A DNA stretch of 64,000 nt from Gammaproteobacteria bacterium. Lineage in GTDB: Bacteria; Pseudomonadota; Gammaproteobacteria; Eutrophobiales; Eutrophobiaceae. Below are positions 10,101 to 20,112 of this stretch, in pieces. The translations under genes were made by a program, and so were the position numbers. The notes beneath the pieces were generated by a model. That model worked only from the letters and a program-made list of their open reading frames with translations. It did not search any database and was not told where the DNA came from. The stretch spans positions 3,904,001 to 3,968,000 of the forward strand of contig OZ220696.1 in the NCBI GenBank assembly GCA_965116495.1, read 5' to 3'. Within the stretch, counting starts at the first letter, position 1. The number at the start of each line of letters is the position of its first letter.

Positions 10101-11327
10101 GTGTTGGAGGGGATGCGGAGCATGTTTCGTAATAGCCTAGTCCTGTGTTGCATGTTGCTGGCCGGCCTCAGCGCGGCTGCTACGGAATTCCAGCCCTTGG
10201 ACACGAAAGTCAGTCCCGGACATGTACCTGATGCAGCGGGTATTGAGGCCGGTTTATGGATGCGGGTTGAGCAGCACGAAACGGATGTCAGAAACTCACC
10301 TCGGCGTATTCGCGACGACGCGATCAACCAGTATCTCTATGGTATTGTTTGTCGGTTATCTCCAGATTACTGCGAAGATATACGTTTGTACATCACCCGT
10401 GTGCCTTACTTCAATGCCACTATGGCGCCGAACGGATTGATGACGATTTGGTCCGGCTTGTTACTGAGAGTCCACAATGAGGCGCAGCTTGCCGCCATTC
10501 TGGGCCATGAGTTGGGTCATTATTTGCGCCAGCACGGTCTTGAAGACTTCAAGGATGCAAAGCTCAAATCCAACATAGGGGCATTGCTTGCCCTGGGCTT
10601 TGGATTTGCCACTATTACAGATATCTGGAATGCAGATATTTATTCTGATAGTAATAATATTGGACAATACATTTTGCTCGCGAGTCGGTATGCACATAGC
10701 CGATCCGCCGAGCGAGAAGCAGATCAATTTGGCATACAGTTGATGTCTGAAGCTGGTTACGATCCGTTCGAGGCTGCCAGGGTCTGGAAAAATATCATTG
10801 ATGAGGAAGAAGCGGCAAAACATGGCAAACTTCATGGCTCACTTTTCTTTGCGACACATCCGGCGCCCAGCGACCGCTTGATAACCCTGGATGCTTATGC
10901 TCGCATATTGACGTCAGGCGCAACGGAGCACGGAGAAGTGGCAACCGACAGGTTCATGCAGTATATGGCGCCGTACTGGAGGACATTGTTGGAGGATGAA
11001 TTGCGTTTGAACCAACCGGGGAAAACGAAATACATCCTCGACAATTTAATCGATAACAATGTTGTGCCCGGGATCGTACATTTTTACAAAGGGGAGTTGT
11101 ATAGACAGAGAAAGGAAACAGGCGACACCGACCTGGCGCGCCAACATTACCGGCAGGCGTTACAGGCCGATTATTTTCTTCCCGAAACCTACCGTTCGCT
11201 GGGCTTGTTGCACCTGAAGGAAAAACGCATGCCGGAGGCCAGGGAGAACCTGAAGCGGTACCTTGCGGCATCTCCTGACGCGGAAGACCGGGAAATGATT
11301 GAATACTACCTGACAATGGGGCAATAA
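10101..11327 (+). CDS. M48-family Zn metallopeptidase with C-terminal TPR repeats (BepA-like)
   Basis: FNA, AAILGHELGH, SRSAEREAD, THP motifs; signal peptide; TPR-like C-terminus. Confidence 0.88.
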   Translation: MLEGMRSMFRNSLVLCCMLLAGLSAAATEFQPLDTKVSPGHVPDAAGIEAGLWMRVEQHETDVRNSPRRIRDDAINQYLYGIVCRLSPDYCEDIRLYITRVPYFNATMAPNGLMTIWSGLLLRVHNEAQLAAILGHELGHYLRQHGLEDFKDAKLKSNIGALLALGFGFATITDIWNADIYSDSNNIGQYILLASRYAHSRSAEREADQFGIQLMSEAGYDPFEAARVWKNIIDEEEAAKHGKLHGSLFFATHPAPSDRLITLDAYARILTSGATEHGEVATDRFMQYMAPYWRTLLEDELRLNQPGKTKYILDNLIDNNVVPGIVHFYKGELYRQRKETGDTDLARQHYRQALQADYFLPETYRSLGLLHLKEKRMPEARENLKRYLAASPDAEDREMIEYYLTMGQ

Positions 11328-11330
11328 CAC

Positions 11331-11894
11331 ATGAACAGACTGCTCATTCTTGCCGGCGTCCTTCTGTTGAGCGCCTGTAACCAGTACACATTGGTTCAAC
11401 CCGGGCTTGTTGAGGTACAACAGATTGGGGTGTCTCCAACCAAACCCTGGAATGCAGCGCCTCCCGCGGATCGTATGGGGGGTTACCCGACCTGGACAAC
11501 TGACGGAGTTATCCTGAATTCTGTGACATTTTTCCCGGCGATAAAAAACGGGAAACCCCTGTTCAAATCAAGGCGTGATGATCCGTATCCGGCTTTTACT
11601 ACTGATTTGTTGCCGAATGAGATAGTGGAAATCGTCGAATCCTCCATCGCGAAAGAACTTGGGGCCACGATTTCCGGGAGCAGCGGATTAAAGCCGTTGA
11701 CGATTGACGGCAACCCGGGCTTTCAGTCAAGCTTTGATTTCATCGCCGGCGACGTTCCCCGGCGCGCTTTCGTTGCCGGCGCGGTAAAAGGGGAGGCATT
11801 GTACCTGATGCTTTACCAGGCAACAGATCTCTATTACTACGATAAATACCTGGAAGATGTCATGTCCATGGCTGCGGGGATGAGGTTGAATTAA
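11331..11894 (+). CDS. Uncharacterised lipoprotein
   Basis: Lipobox LLLSAC; starts 3 nt after the M48 stop. Confidence 0.7.
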   Translation: MNRLLILAGVLLLSACNQYTLVQPGLVEVQQIGVSPTKPWNAAPPADRMGGYPTWTTDGVILNSVTFFPAIKNGKPLFKSRRDDPYPAFTTDLLPNEIVEIVESSIAKELGATISGSSGLKPLTIDGNPGFQSSFDFIAGDVPRRAFVAGAVKGEALYLMLYQATDLYYYDKYLEDVMSMAAGMRLN

Positions 11895-12172
11895 GAGATT
11901 TTGACAAGTGCCATTGCCTCATCGTGGTCAGTATCCACGGATGGTGAGAATTCATCCCTGAGTCGGTTTAAACAAATCTGAAAAATTTTCTGTTCAATGC
12001 GTCCGGTTCGTTTTGCTTTCAGCAGGACATGGCGAATTTCGTACCAGAAAATGTACGGCACGATAATATCCTCGCTATCCGGTCGTTCCATTATTATCCG
12101 AGCGGAATCACTATGTTCCTCATCGCGTAATAACTGGGCTATCATCACCGAAGCGTCAATTACTATAGCCAT
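11891..12172 (-). pseudogene. PIN-domain (VapC-like) toxin, 3'-truncated
   Basis: MAIVIDASV...VPYIFWYEIRHVL; lacks the C-terminal YDA/TxD acidic motifs; ends against the convergent lipoprotein gene. Confidence 0.7.
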
Positions 12173-12490
12173 CAGCGCCGCCCTTCCTCTTTCCAACGTC
12201 GAATCTCTTCTTGAGTCACCGGTTTCATGGATGTCTTCAGTTCGCTTGAAGCTGTGAGGGCTCTTCTCAGGATAAAGGCGCGGAAAGTTGTATATTCATC
12301 ACTGAATTCGGATTGATTGATGCGCGTGTACCTCCAGATATCACCAGTGGTTTTACTTACACGCTTGCACCAATCCCGCGCCGCGGCGTCTTTCTCCCCG
12401 GTTCCTTCCCATACCCGGCCTTTGGTTTCGATAATCCAGTTTACCTCACCATCCCGGGTTTTCTGTACTGCCACCCAATCGGGATGGTTT
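12172..12490 (-). pseudogene. C-terminal fragment of a type III-like restriction endonuclease (Res) with an antitoxin-like tail
   Basis: PDWVAVQ...NWIIETKGRVW PD-(D/E)XK motif; ends TQEEIRRWKEEGRR, overlapping the PIN start (TGATG). Confidence 0.6.
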
Positions 12491-12601
12491 TCCCCGAGCC
12501 AGGTCCTGCAATTACGAGTAATGGGCCGCCCGCGTGGCCAACGATTTTACGTTGGGCGCTATTCAGGTCCGGGTAGTGCTTTTTTATATCAGACGCTATC
12601 G

Positions 12602-12853
12602 TCACAGCAGACCCTCCTTGCGGAAGCTGAAGACTTCTTGCGCTGATATTATCAGGTGGTCCAGGACTCGTAATTGAATAGTCTCGGCAGCCAGTACGAT
12701 AGCCCGAGTGAGGATTTTGTCATGTTCACTTGGTTGCACTCGGCCATTAGGGTGATTGTGTGCCAACACGATTGCTGCAGCTCCTCTCCTCATTGACGCC
12801 TCTACTACTCGGCGTGGATAAACTACCGCCCGGTCTACAGTTCCTTGATACAT
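12602..12853 (-). pseudogene. radC: RadC/JAB-domain C-terminal fragment
   Basis: GTVDRAVVYPR, LAHNHPNG...PSEHD, VLDHLII, FSFRKEGLL; N-terminus absent. Confidence 0.8.
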
Positions 12854-13074
12854 ACCAGCTTGTCCCGGTGCAGGGAAAGAAACGCCTCGGCATCCTGCAA
12901 CTGCGCCAGGTGTGAATGCCGTTCCAGGTCAAGGTACAATGAACCCGGCCAGGATGCCATCACAGACTTCGCCAGCGTAGTCTTCCCCACCTGCCTGGGC
13001 CCGAGAATGGCCACGGCAGGGAAATGCGCCAGGTCGTCGATAACGGTCTGTCTGGTTTCCCGTTCGATAAACAT
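12835..13074 (-). pseudogene. AAA_14/DUF4143 ATPase N-terminal fragment
   Basis: Walker A GPRQVGKTT; breaks off at LVCI just before Walker B DE, where the radC fragment begins. Confidence 0.8.
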
Positions 13075-13108
13075 GTGCTAATTATAAATCACATTTTCAA
13101 TTAGCACA
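13074..13108. promoter_or_regulatory. Inverted repeat over the start of the AAA_14 fragment
   Basis: TGTGCTAATT-N15-AATTAGCACA; minus-strand TATAAT lies 6 nt before ATG. Confidence 0.5.
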
Positions 13109-13164
13109 CAATGCAAGTTAGATTGGTGAATCTAAACCTCCTGTCCTGGTAGTGACATAGCCCG

Positions 13165-15648
13165 TCAGAAGCGCTTGCGCAGGGTCACGCCGTAGGTACG
13201 GGTCTCGCGCAGGTAGGAGGCGAGCTTTCCGTTCTGCAGTGGCACGTCGAACACGGGGCCAAACCAATCCTCATCCAGCAGGTTGCGCGCCCAGAAGGAG
13301 ACATCCAGGTCTAACGGCGTCAACACCAGCCCGGCGCGGGCATTGAGCAGGCCGAAACCGTCCTGCACCTTGATAGGGTCGGCATTCCCATCCATCACGA
13401 TGTCGCTCCGGTGGTTATAATCCGCATGGACATAGCCGCTCAGGTTGTCGCTGAATGAACGGGACAGGGTCGCGGACAGCAGCACGGTGTGTTCCGGGTT
13501 GCCGGCCAGGCGGTCGCCGGTACGATCACAGAAGGCATCGCCCGGGCTGGTCCTGCCCGGATCCGGCGTGCCGGTCAGGAACGGCGCCGCCACCCAGCAG
13601 TTGGCCATCTCGAACTTATCGTACTCGGCCTCGTTATAGATATATGCCGCACTCAACCTCAGGCCGTCGAGCGGCGCCCAGGCTACTTCCAACTCGCCAC
13701 CTTTGGCCTCCAGTTCGCCCGCATTGCGCAGGTTGAAGCCGGCGCCGGTGAACGAGTTGCTCTGGAAGTCCTCCACCGTCGTGTAGTGCAGCGCCAGGTT
13801 CACGCGCAGGTTCTGTTCCGGCAGGACCAGCTTCAGGCCGGCCTCGAACGAGTCCGACTTCTCGGCGCCGAACACCTGGCTGAACGCTGCGGGGATGCGG
13901 TCGGTATTGGTGCCGCCGGACTTGAATCCGGTGGCATACCCGGCGTACAGCAGCAGGTCATTGTGCGGTGTCCAGCTCAGCTTGACGTTCCAGGTAACCT
14001 GGTCGTCCTTGAGGGTCTCATCCACATCCGGGCGTGGCGCAAACACCGGCTGCAGGTAAAAACCCCAGCCCGGATACACCAGCGGCGCCAGCAATGACAG
14101 GTCCAGAGGCGCCAGGCCCTGGCTCGCCAGGAACAGGTTGGTGCCGATGGCCGTAAAGTCCGGCGGCGGACCGAAGTTGCCCTGAGTAAATGTGCCGTTC
14201 AGTTTTTTCTTCTCATCGGTATAGCGCAACCCGCCAGATACGGTCCACTGGTCATGCAACTGGACATCAACCTGGCTGAACAGCGCCCAGGCCTCATGGT
14301 CCTGCAGCATCACGTCCAGCGACCTGGCCCCGGGCAGAACAGCCGGACCGGTCATGGGGATAAACCCGCCGGTCAGCGCAGACAGGGCGTTGATGGTGCT
14401 GATCAAGGTGCCCAGTTGCGGATTACCGCCGAGAGCGAATGCTTCAAAATCCCCACCCAGCGTCGTCGTGGTCCAACTATTCAGATTCTGGTTGAAATAA
14501 TACGCCCCGGCCAGGTAATCTACCCGGCCCCGACTCCCCGACAGCCGCAACTCCTGGGAAAACATCTCCGACTCCCCGCGGTTATAGCGGTCCGCTATGT
14601 CCGCCGCATTGAAATCCACATCCGCATCGTCCGTCGTGTTGAACGTACGGTACGCGCTGATCGCCGTCAACGTGTCCCTGGCGCCGAGGTCCCAGTTCAG
14701 CTCCGCAGACACGCCACTGTCCTCGTTCCGCGACACCGGCAACCGGTTCATATGCACCACGTAGTTGGTGAATTGATCTTCGTTCACCAGCGGAATGCCC
14801 AGGCTCGCCAGCAGCGCGTCGGAACCGGGCCGGCCGTCGAACGAGAAATAATTGTTGCGGAACGTGGCCGCGGCGCAGCAGACCTCGTCGATCTCGGAAT
14901 AGTCCAGTATGACCCGCAGCGACACATCCTCCGTGGGCGTGTACAGCAGTTGCGCCCGCCCGCCGTAGCGATCCCGGTCATTGAGCAGGTTCCCGCCCTC
15001 ACCAAGCGCATCGACAAACCCGTCCCGGCTGGTCATGAACCCCGTCAACCGCACCGCCAGCACGTCCTCCACCAGGGAACCGCCGAAGGCGCCATTGGCG
15101 CTGAACAGGTCCAGGTTGCCGTAGCTCAGATCCAGGTAGCCGTCCGTCTCATGGGACGGCGCCACCGTGTTCAGCAACACCGCCCCGGCGGACGAGTTGC
15201 GCCCGAACAGCGTGCCCTGCGGGCCGCGCAACACTTCCACCCGCTCCATGTCCGCCAGTTCGTTGATCAGCGCACTCTGGCGCGCCCGGTAGACGCCGTC
15301 GACATACAGGCCGACCGAGGATTCGAGCCCGAAATTCTGGGAACTGGTGCCGATGCCGCGGATGTTGAAGTTCGCGGTGGTGGCGGTCTGGCTCTGTCCG
15401 ACATGAAGTGCCGGTGCGTTCTGCTGCAGGTCGAACGCGTCGGTAATCCCGTGTTCGATGAGTTGCTCGCCGGACAGGGCGGTGACGGCGACCGGGATGT
15501 CCTGGATGTTCTGCGCCCGTTTCTGCGCGGTGACGATGATCTCTTCAAGCAGGCCCTGTTCCTGGGCATACGGCGCCAGCATTACCGGGCAGAGTGATAT
15601 AGTCAATATTACGGCCGGCACCGCTCGTTGCCTGGTTCTGAACGACAT
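13165..15648 (-). CDS. TonB-dependent receptor
   Basis: EEIIVTAQKR TonB-box region, ERVEVLRGPQGTLFG plug, C-terminal F; start at MSFRT after a GGAG RBS. Confidence 0.92.
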   Translation of the reverse strand: MSFRTRQRAVPAVILTISLCPVMLAPYAQEQGLLEEIIVTAQKRAQNIQDIPVAVTALSGEQLIEHGITDAFDLQQNAPALHVGQSQTATTANFNIRGIGTSSQNFGLESSVGLYVDGVYRARQSALINELADMERVEVLRGPQGTLFGRNSSAGAVLLNTVAPSHETDGYLDLSYGNLDLFSANGAFGGSLVEDVLAVRLTGFMTSRDGFVDALGEGGNLLNDRDRYGGRAQLLYTPTEDVSLRVILDYSEIDEVCCAAATFRNNYFSFDGRPGSDALLASLGIPLVNEDQFTNYVVHMNRLPVSRNEDSGVSAELNWDLGARDTLTAISAYRTFNTTDDADVDFNAADIADRYNRGESEMFSQELRLSGSRGRVDYLAGAYYFNQNLNSWTTTTLGGDFEAFALGGNPQLGTLISTINALSALTGGFIPMTGPAVLPGARSLDVMLQDHEAWALFSQVDVQLHDQWTVSGGLRYTDEKKKLNGTFTQGNFGPPPDFTAIGTNLFLASQGLAPLDLSLLAPLVYPGWGFYLQPVFAPRPDVDETLKDDQVTWNVKLSWTPHNDLLLYAGYATGFKSGGTNTDRIPAAFSQVFGAEKSDSFEAGLKLVLPEQNLRVNLALHYTTVEDFQSNSFTGAGFNLRNAGELEAKGGELEVAWAPLDGLRLSAAYIYNEAEYDKFEMANCWVAAPFLTGTPDPGRTSPGDAFCDRTGDRLAGNPEHTVLLSATLSRSFSDNLSGYVHADYNHRSDIVMDGNADPIKVQDGFGLLNARAGLVLTPLDLDVSFWARNLLDEDWFGPVFDVPLQNGKLASYLRETRTYGVTLRKRF

Positions 15649-15885
15649 GAGTCTCCCCCACATGATCACCTATCCCCCTGAATAAAAGTATATCGTGAGA
15701 GGCTTGTCAAGACATATTATTTGCGGCCCGAAACCGGCGGCGCCGAACCTATATACAAAAGTATTGACAAGTTCCGTAAAAGGCACAGCATTCCATACCT
15801 GAGCAGGGATTACAAATCCTGCCCGCGCAGCGGTACGACGCGATGGTTTACTGTTCGCAGCACCTGCCAACATCAGGAAAATAAC

Positions 15886-16400
15886 ATGCAGCAACAAACA
15901 AACGACCCTCAAGACCGCAGCGCCCGTCCCGCGTGGTTCGGTTATGCCCAATTGGGTATTATTTTCATCCTGGTTGTAATTGCCTTGTACTTTGCCCGGG
16001 CGCCGGGTCGCGTCACCCTTGACACGGTGGCCGGTGAGGATGTGGACGCTGCCAAACCGGTCGTCAATGTAATCCGGCCCGAGCCCACCGAGCAGGCGCT
16101 GACGGTGAAGCTGACCGGCGCAGTCAGGGCATACAACCAGGTGGCTGTACGTTCCGAAGTAGCGGGACGCGCAGTCTGGGTAGCTCCCGAATTTGCCAAC
16201 GGCGGGTCCATTGTAGCGAACGAGACGTTCGTCAGGATTGACCCGGTACGCTACGAGCTCCAGGTGGAAGCGGCGGAAATGGCCGTCAGGGAAGCGGAAG
16301 CGCGGCTGTCCGCACAAAATTCCCGGAGCGCGGAGGCAAGACTTGGGGCAGCCCGGGCTGAACTGAAGCTTGCGCAACTTGACCTCGAGCGCACCCAGCA
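15886..16400 (+). pseudogene. RND efflux membrane-fusion (adaptor) protein, 5' part only
   Basis: TM anchor, VRSEVAGR lipoyl half-motif, coiled coil ending LAQLDLERT, after which homology is lost. Confidence 0.75.
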
Positions 16401-17006
16401 TATTCTCAGAAAATTCAATCCCGGCGCCTGGCGTCGGCAGGGCGGGAAGCTGTCGGGGCGGAAGTCAGGATAGTCGATGATGCGGGAGTTGAATTACCCG
16501 GCGGTGAGACAGGAGAAATCCTGGTCAAGAGCGAGTCGGTCATAACCGCTTACTGGAACAACCCGGAGGAAACCGCAAGCGCAATCAGGGACGGATGGTT
16601 CCATACCGGCGACCTGGGATACCTCGATGATGAGCGTTACTTGTTTGTCGTCGACAGGAAAAAGGATATAGTGGTCAGCGGTGGTATGAACGTCTATTCC
16701 AAGGAGATTGAGAGTGTGCTGTACCGCCACCCGGCAATACTTGAAGCGGCTGTGCTTGGCCTGCCGGACGAGGAGTGGGGAGAGATTGTAACAGCCGTGA
16801 TTGCATTGAAACCCGGGCAGGAGGTAAGCGGGGGGGATCTGGTTGAACTCTGCAAGGCGTCGCTGGCCGGTTACAAGAAACCCAGGAAAGTCTTTTTCCT
16901 GGACGAATTGCCGAAAAACCCGAGTGGGAAAATCCTGAAGCGGGTACTGCGGGATAACCTGGCAAATATTGTTATACATAGCGACATAAATAATGCCGCA
17001 TCATAG
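16401..17006 (+). pseudogene. Acyl-CoA synthetase C-terminal fragment
   Basis: Frame reads SAGR..EVRIVDD..GETGEI..GWFHTGDLG..DRKKDIVVSGG..LPKNPSGKILK; AMP-binding N-terminus missing. Confidence 0.8.
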
Positions 17007-17008
17007 TT

Positions 17009-17036
17009 CGTCATTCCCGCTCAGGCGGGAATCCAG
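17009..17036 (+). repeat. REP/RPE-type palindrome CGTCATTCCCGC..GCGGGAATCCAG
   Basis: Hairpin of a widespread REP family; related copies at 20806-20834 and 41645-41673. Confidence 0.7.
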
Positions 17037-17141
17037 TAAGCAAACATTCCTTTGCATTAGCGCAGATCATGGCGGGCGAGCTATCGCAGGATAGCGTAGT
17101 CAGGGAAATATGCGCCAGGATAAAACTGCCGGAAAAGTGCG

Positions 17142-18872
17142 ATGAGTAACAGCTATACGGCGCCGCTGGACGATACGTTATTTATTCTCCAGCATGTTAT
17201 CCGTTGGGAAACATTGTTCGATCTGCCGGCCTACCGGCACGCCGACAGCGACCTGGCCAGGGTGGTGTTGACGGAAGGCGCAAAATTCTGCGAGCAGGTG
17301 CTGGGACCCATTAACGCCGTTGGTGACGAACAGGGGAGTATGATACAGGATGGCAAGGTCAAGACTCCCAACGGGTACAGGGAAGCCTACAAGTCGTTCA
17401 CGGCGGCAGGCTGGCCGGGTCTGGACATGCCGGAAGAATTCGGCGGACAGCAACTGCCGCTGACCGTACAGGTTGCATTTGCGGAAATGCTCAACGGCGC
17501 TTGCCTGTCGTTTGCCATGCTGCCCCTGATGCTGCGCGCCGCCTCCAGGCTGCTGATCGACCATGCCGGTGAGGAATTAAAGCAGCAGGTAGTTCCCAGA
17601 CTGATCAAGGGCGAGTGGGGAGCAACAATCTGCATATCGGAAGCACAGGCCGGTTCAGACGTCGGCCGCATAAAAACCATGGCCGAAATTCAGGCCGACG
17701 GCAGCTACCGGTTAACCGGCACCAAGGTCTTTATCACCTATGCCGACCACGACCTCACCGGGCAGATAATCCACCTGGTGCTGGCCAGGACACCAGGCGC
17801 TCCGGCCGGGACCCGGGGAATCAGCCTGTTCCTGGTGCCCAAACTGATGTTCGACGGCGGGCAGGCCAACGGGGTGCGGGTCGAGCGGCTGGAAAAGAAA
17901 ATGGGCCTGAAGGCCTCGCCCACCTGCGTGATGCGTCTGGAACGCGCGACCGGTTACCGCATCGGTGAAGAAAACAGGGGTCTGAACGCCATGTTCACCA
18001 TGGTCAACCTGATGCGCCTGGAAGTGTCAGTTCAAGGCCCGGCAATTGGCGCCGCAGCCACGGCAAAGGCGTTGAAATATGCCGCTGAGCGACCCCAGGG
18101 CGGCGCGCCGGACGCCGGGGCAGTGAGTATCATCGAACACGCGGATGTGAAACGCATGCTGCTGCTCATGCACTGCAGGACCATGGCGATGCGCACCCTG
18201 GTATTTGAAGCGGCAAGCAATCTTGACCTCGCCCGCCACGGGGGAGATGAAGACAGTAGACAGCAAGCGCTGCAGCTGGCCGAATTTTTATTGCCGGTGT
18301 GCAAGGCCTGCGGTTCCGAAACCGGCTTCGACGTGGCCAGCCTGGCCGTGCAGGTATTCGGCGGGCATGGCTATATCACTGAGTCGGGCGTTGAGCAGTA
18401 TGTCAGGGATGTGCGGGTGGCAGCGATCTATGAAGGCACGAACGGCATCCAAGCGCTGGACCTGGTGACCCGTAAGCTGCTATGGGATCAGGGCGCCAGG
18501 TTCCAGGTGCTGACAGGAAAAATTGCGGCGACACTGGCTGACACCGACGCTGTGGAGCCGGTTGAACAGATTTACCTGGCGACGCAGACAGGACTGGCCG
18601 TGCTGGAACGTACCACAAGGCATGTTTTGCAAATGGCGTCGGATCAGCGATGGCCCGACGTAGAATTTATCGCAAAGGATTATTGCCTGCTCACGGGTCT
18701 TGTCGCCGGCGCATGGATGTGGTTGCGAATCGCCCATGCGACCGGTAGATATGACCGGGACAAGCTGTTAAACAATATCAACTGCGCCAGGTTTTACGCC
18801 GAATACCTGATGCCGGAGATGCATACCCTGGCGCATCGCATAAATATCAGTTTTTCGGAGATGGAGGGATAA
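17142..18872 (+). CDS. Acyl-CoA dehydrogenase (DmdC-like large subfamily)
   Basis: ICISEAQAGSD, GTKVFIT, KKMGLKASPT, QVFGGHGY, IYEGTNGIQALDL. Confidence 0.9.
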   Translation: MSNSYTAPLDDTLFILQHVIRWETLFDLPAYRHADSDLARVVLTEGAKFCEQVLGPINAVGDEQGSMIQDGKVKTPNGYREAYKSFTAAGWPGLDMPEEFGGQQLPLTVQVAFAEMLNGACLSFAMLPLMLRAASRLLIDHAGEELKQQVVPRLIKGEWGATICISEAQAGSDVGRIKTMAEIQADGSYRLTGTKVFITYADHDLTGQIIHLVLARTPGAPAGTRGISLFLVPKLMFDGGQANGVRVERLEKKMGLKASPTCVMRLERATGYRIGEENRGLNAMFTMVNLMRLEVSVQGPAIGAAATAKALKYAAERPQGGAPDAGAVSIIEHADVKRMLLLMHCRTMAMRTLVFEAASNLDLARHGGDEDSRQQALQLAEFLLPVCKACGSETGFDVASLAVQVFGGHGYITESGVEQYVRDVRVAAIYEGTNGIQALDLVTRKLLWDQGARFQVLTGKIAATLADTDAVEPVEQIYLATQTGLAVLERTTRHVLQMASDQRWPDVEFIAKDYCLLTGLVAGAWMWLRIAHATGRYDRDKLLNNINCARFYAEYLMPEMHTLAHRINISFSEMEG

Positions 18873-18882
18873 AACCGATCGA

Positions 18883-19077
18883 TCAGGTCAGTTTCATGAT
18901 CGCAACTGCAAGGCCGGCAATTCCCAGCATCCACTTAATCAATCTTACTTCCATGTTTGCCAGGTCCAGTTTTGTTGCTACATGTTCGGATCGGGCCACA
19001 TCGTTGGCTGCCGCAGCGGCCAGTTCTTCGTTTACACCTGCTTCCATTAACGCATTATAAAGTGAGATACAACTCAT
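18883..19077 (-). CDS. Small coiled-coil membrane protein (DUF1640-like)
   Basis: GGAGA RBS; LYNAL...ATKLDL...LIKWMLG hydrophobic C-terminus. Confidence 0.55.
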   Translation of the reverse strand: MSCISLYNALMEAGVNEELAAAAANDVARSEHVATKLDLANMEVRLIKWMLGIAGLAVAIMKLT

Positions 19078-19221
19078 TTGATTTCTCCATATGTCTTTAT
19101 CATTTGCCCAGTAGTACGCCACCGGAAAAATGATATCGTTATAGTCCTTATATCCCTTGCTTCAGGTACCTAATTATAGCATGGCAACCCCTGGTTGAGT
19201 CAGGGTTCCGAAAATACTCCA

Positions 19222-20112
19222 TCAATCCCGGCTGAACACGAATTTATCCTTTTCCCGCCGCACCGGCGGTTTGATCTTCGGACGCCCTTTCTGCAGTTTG
19301 CCAAGGGCATAGCCCTGTACCTTGGCGGCTTTGGCTATGATGGTGAACTTCATCAGCCAGCCGCCAGCCGTCGCCAGGATGCAGGCCAGTAACGCCAGCG
19401 GGTCGAGCAGGGCCGGCTGGACAATGACCGTGACCAGCAACAACAACGGCAGGGCGTTGCCCAGGATGACTTGCGGTCTGTCGATACCGTCCAGGATCTT
19501 CAGCGCGGCCGGGGGAGCGTTGTCGGCCGCCAGCCGTTGCCGGTAATTACGCCAGCTCACCAAGCGCCAGCCCAGCAGTCCCATCAGCAGGTACAGGAGC
19601 CATCCCTGTGCGGCATTGGAAACGATGAGCAGGATGGACAGGATGGCCGCGCCCTCTGCCAGCCCGGTACTGATGATCAGCGGCACCACCGCCGGCTCGC
19701 GCCAGGCCGGGATACCCTTGCTGGCCTTGAGGATCCTGCCCTGGCAGTAAAGGAACAGGAAACCCAGCAACCCTGCCGCGGCAAGCAGGCTGGGGGCCTG
19801 CATGAGTACGCCGGTAAACGTGGCGGCAAACAGCAGTACGGAGACGGACGCCTCCCGGGTCATCCAGGACGTCTGGGGATGAAAAAATACGTGCAGGAAA
19901 CGCCACGGGCGGCCGATCTCCAGCCATACCAGGAACAGTCCCAGGCCCACGAACACCAGGGAAGCCAGACCTATGACCAGGTTCGGCGTGCCGGGCCAGG
20001 AAGCGATGGCCGCCATGAGTATCAGAGCGCCGCCGCTGCCGCCGAACATGAAATTCCCCGCCGCGCGCCAGTCCCACTGGGTCTGCAGAGTATTGCCGAA
20101 CGTGTTGCTCAT
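19222..20112 (-). CDS. padD: Mo-enzyme membrane anchor (PadD/DmsC-like)
   Basis: QTQWDWRAAGNF, LEIGRPWRF, SWMTRE; multi-TM; ATGA-coupled to padC. Confidence 0.7.
   Translation of the reverse strand: MSNTFGNTLQTQWDWRAAGNFMFGGSGGALILMAAIASWPGTPNLVIGLASLVFVGLGLFLVWLEIGRPWRFLHVFFHPQTSWMTREASVSVLLFAATFTGVLMQAPSLLAAAGLLGFLFLYCQGRILKASKGIPAWREPAVVPLIISTGLAEGAAILSILLIVSNAAQGWLLYLLMGLLGWRLVSWRNYRQRLAADNAPPAALKILDGIDRPQVILGNALPLLLLVTVIVQPALLDPLALLACILATAGGWLMKFTIIAKAAKVQGYALGKLQKGRPKIKPPVRREKDKFVFSRD

Noticed and set aside
11891-13140. Integron cassette array
   Set aside because: No integrase and no attC-like RYYYAAC...GTTRRRY structures seen; the genes are fragments.
14254-15597. 447-aa plus-strand ORF, and other long antisense ORFs (8370-9206, 21157-22071, 50531-51346)
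   Set aside because: Shadows of GC-rich genes on the opposite strand; no recognisable motifs.
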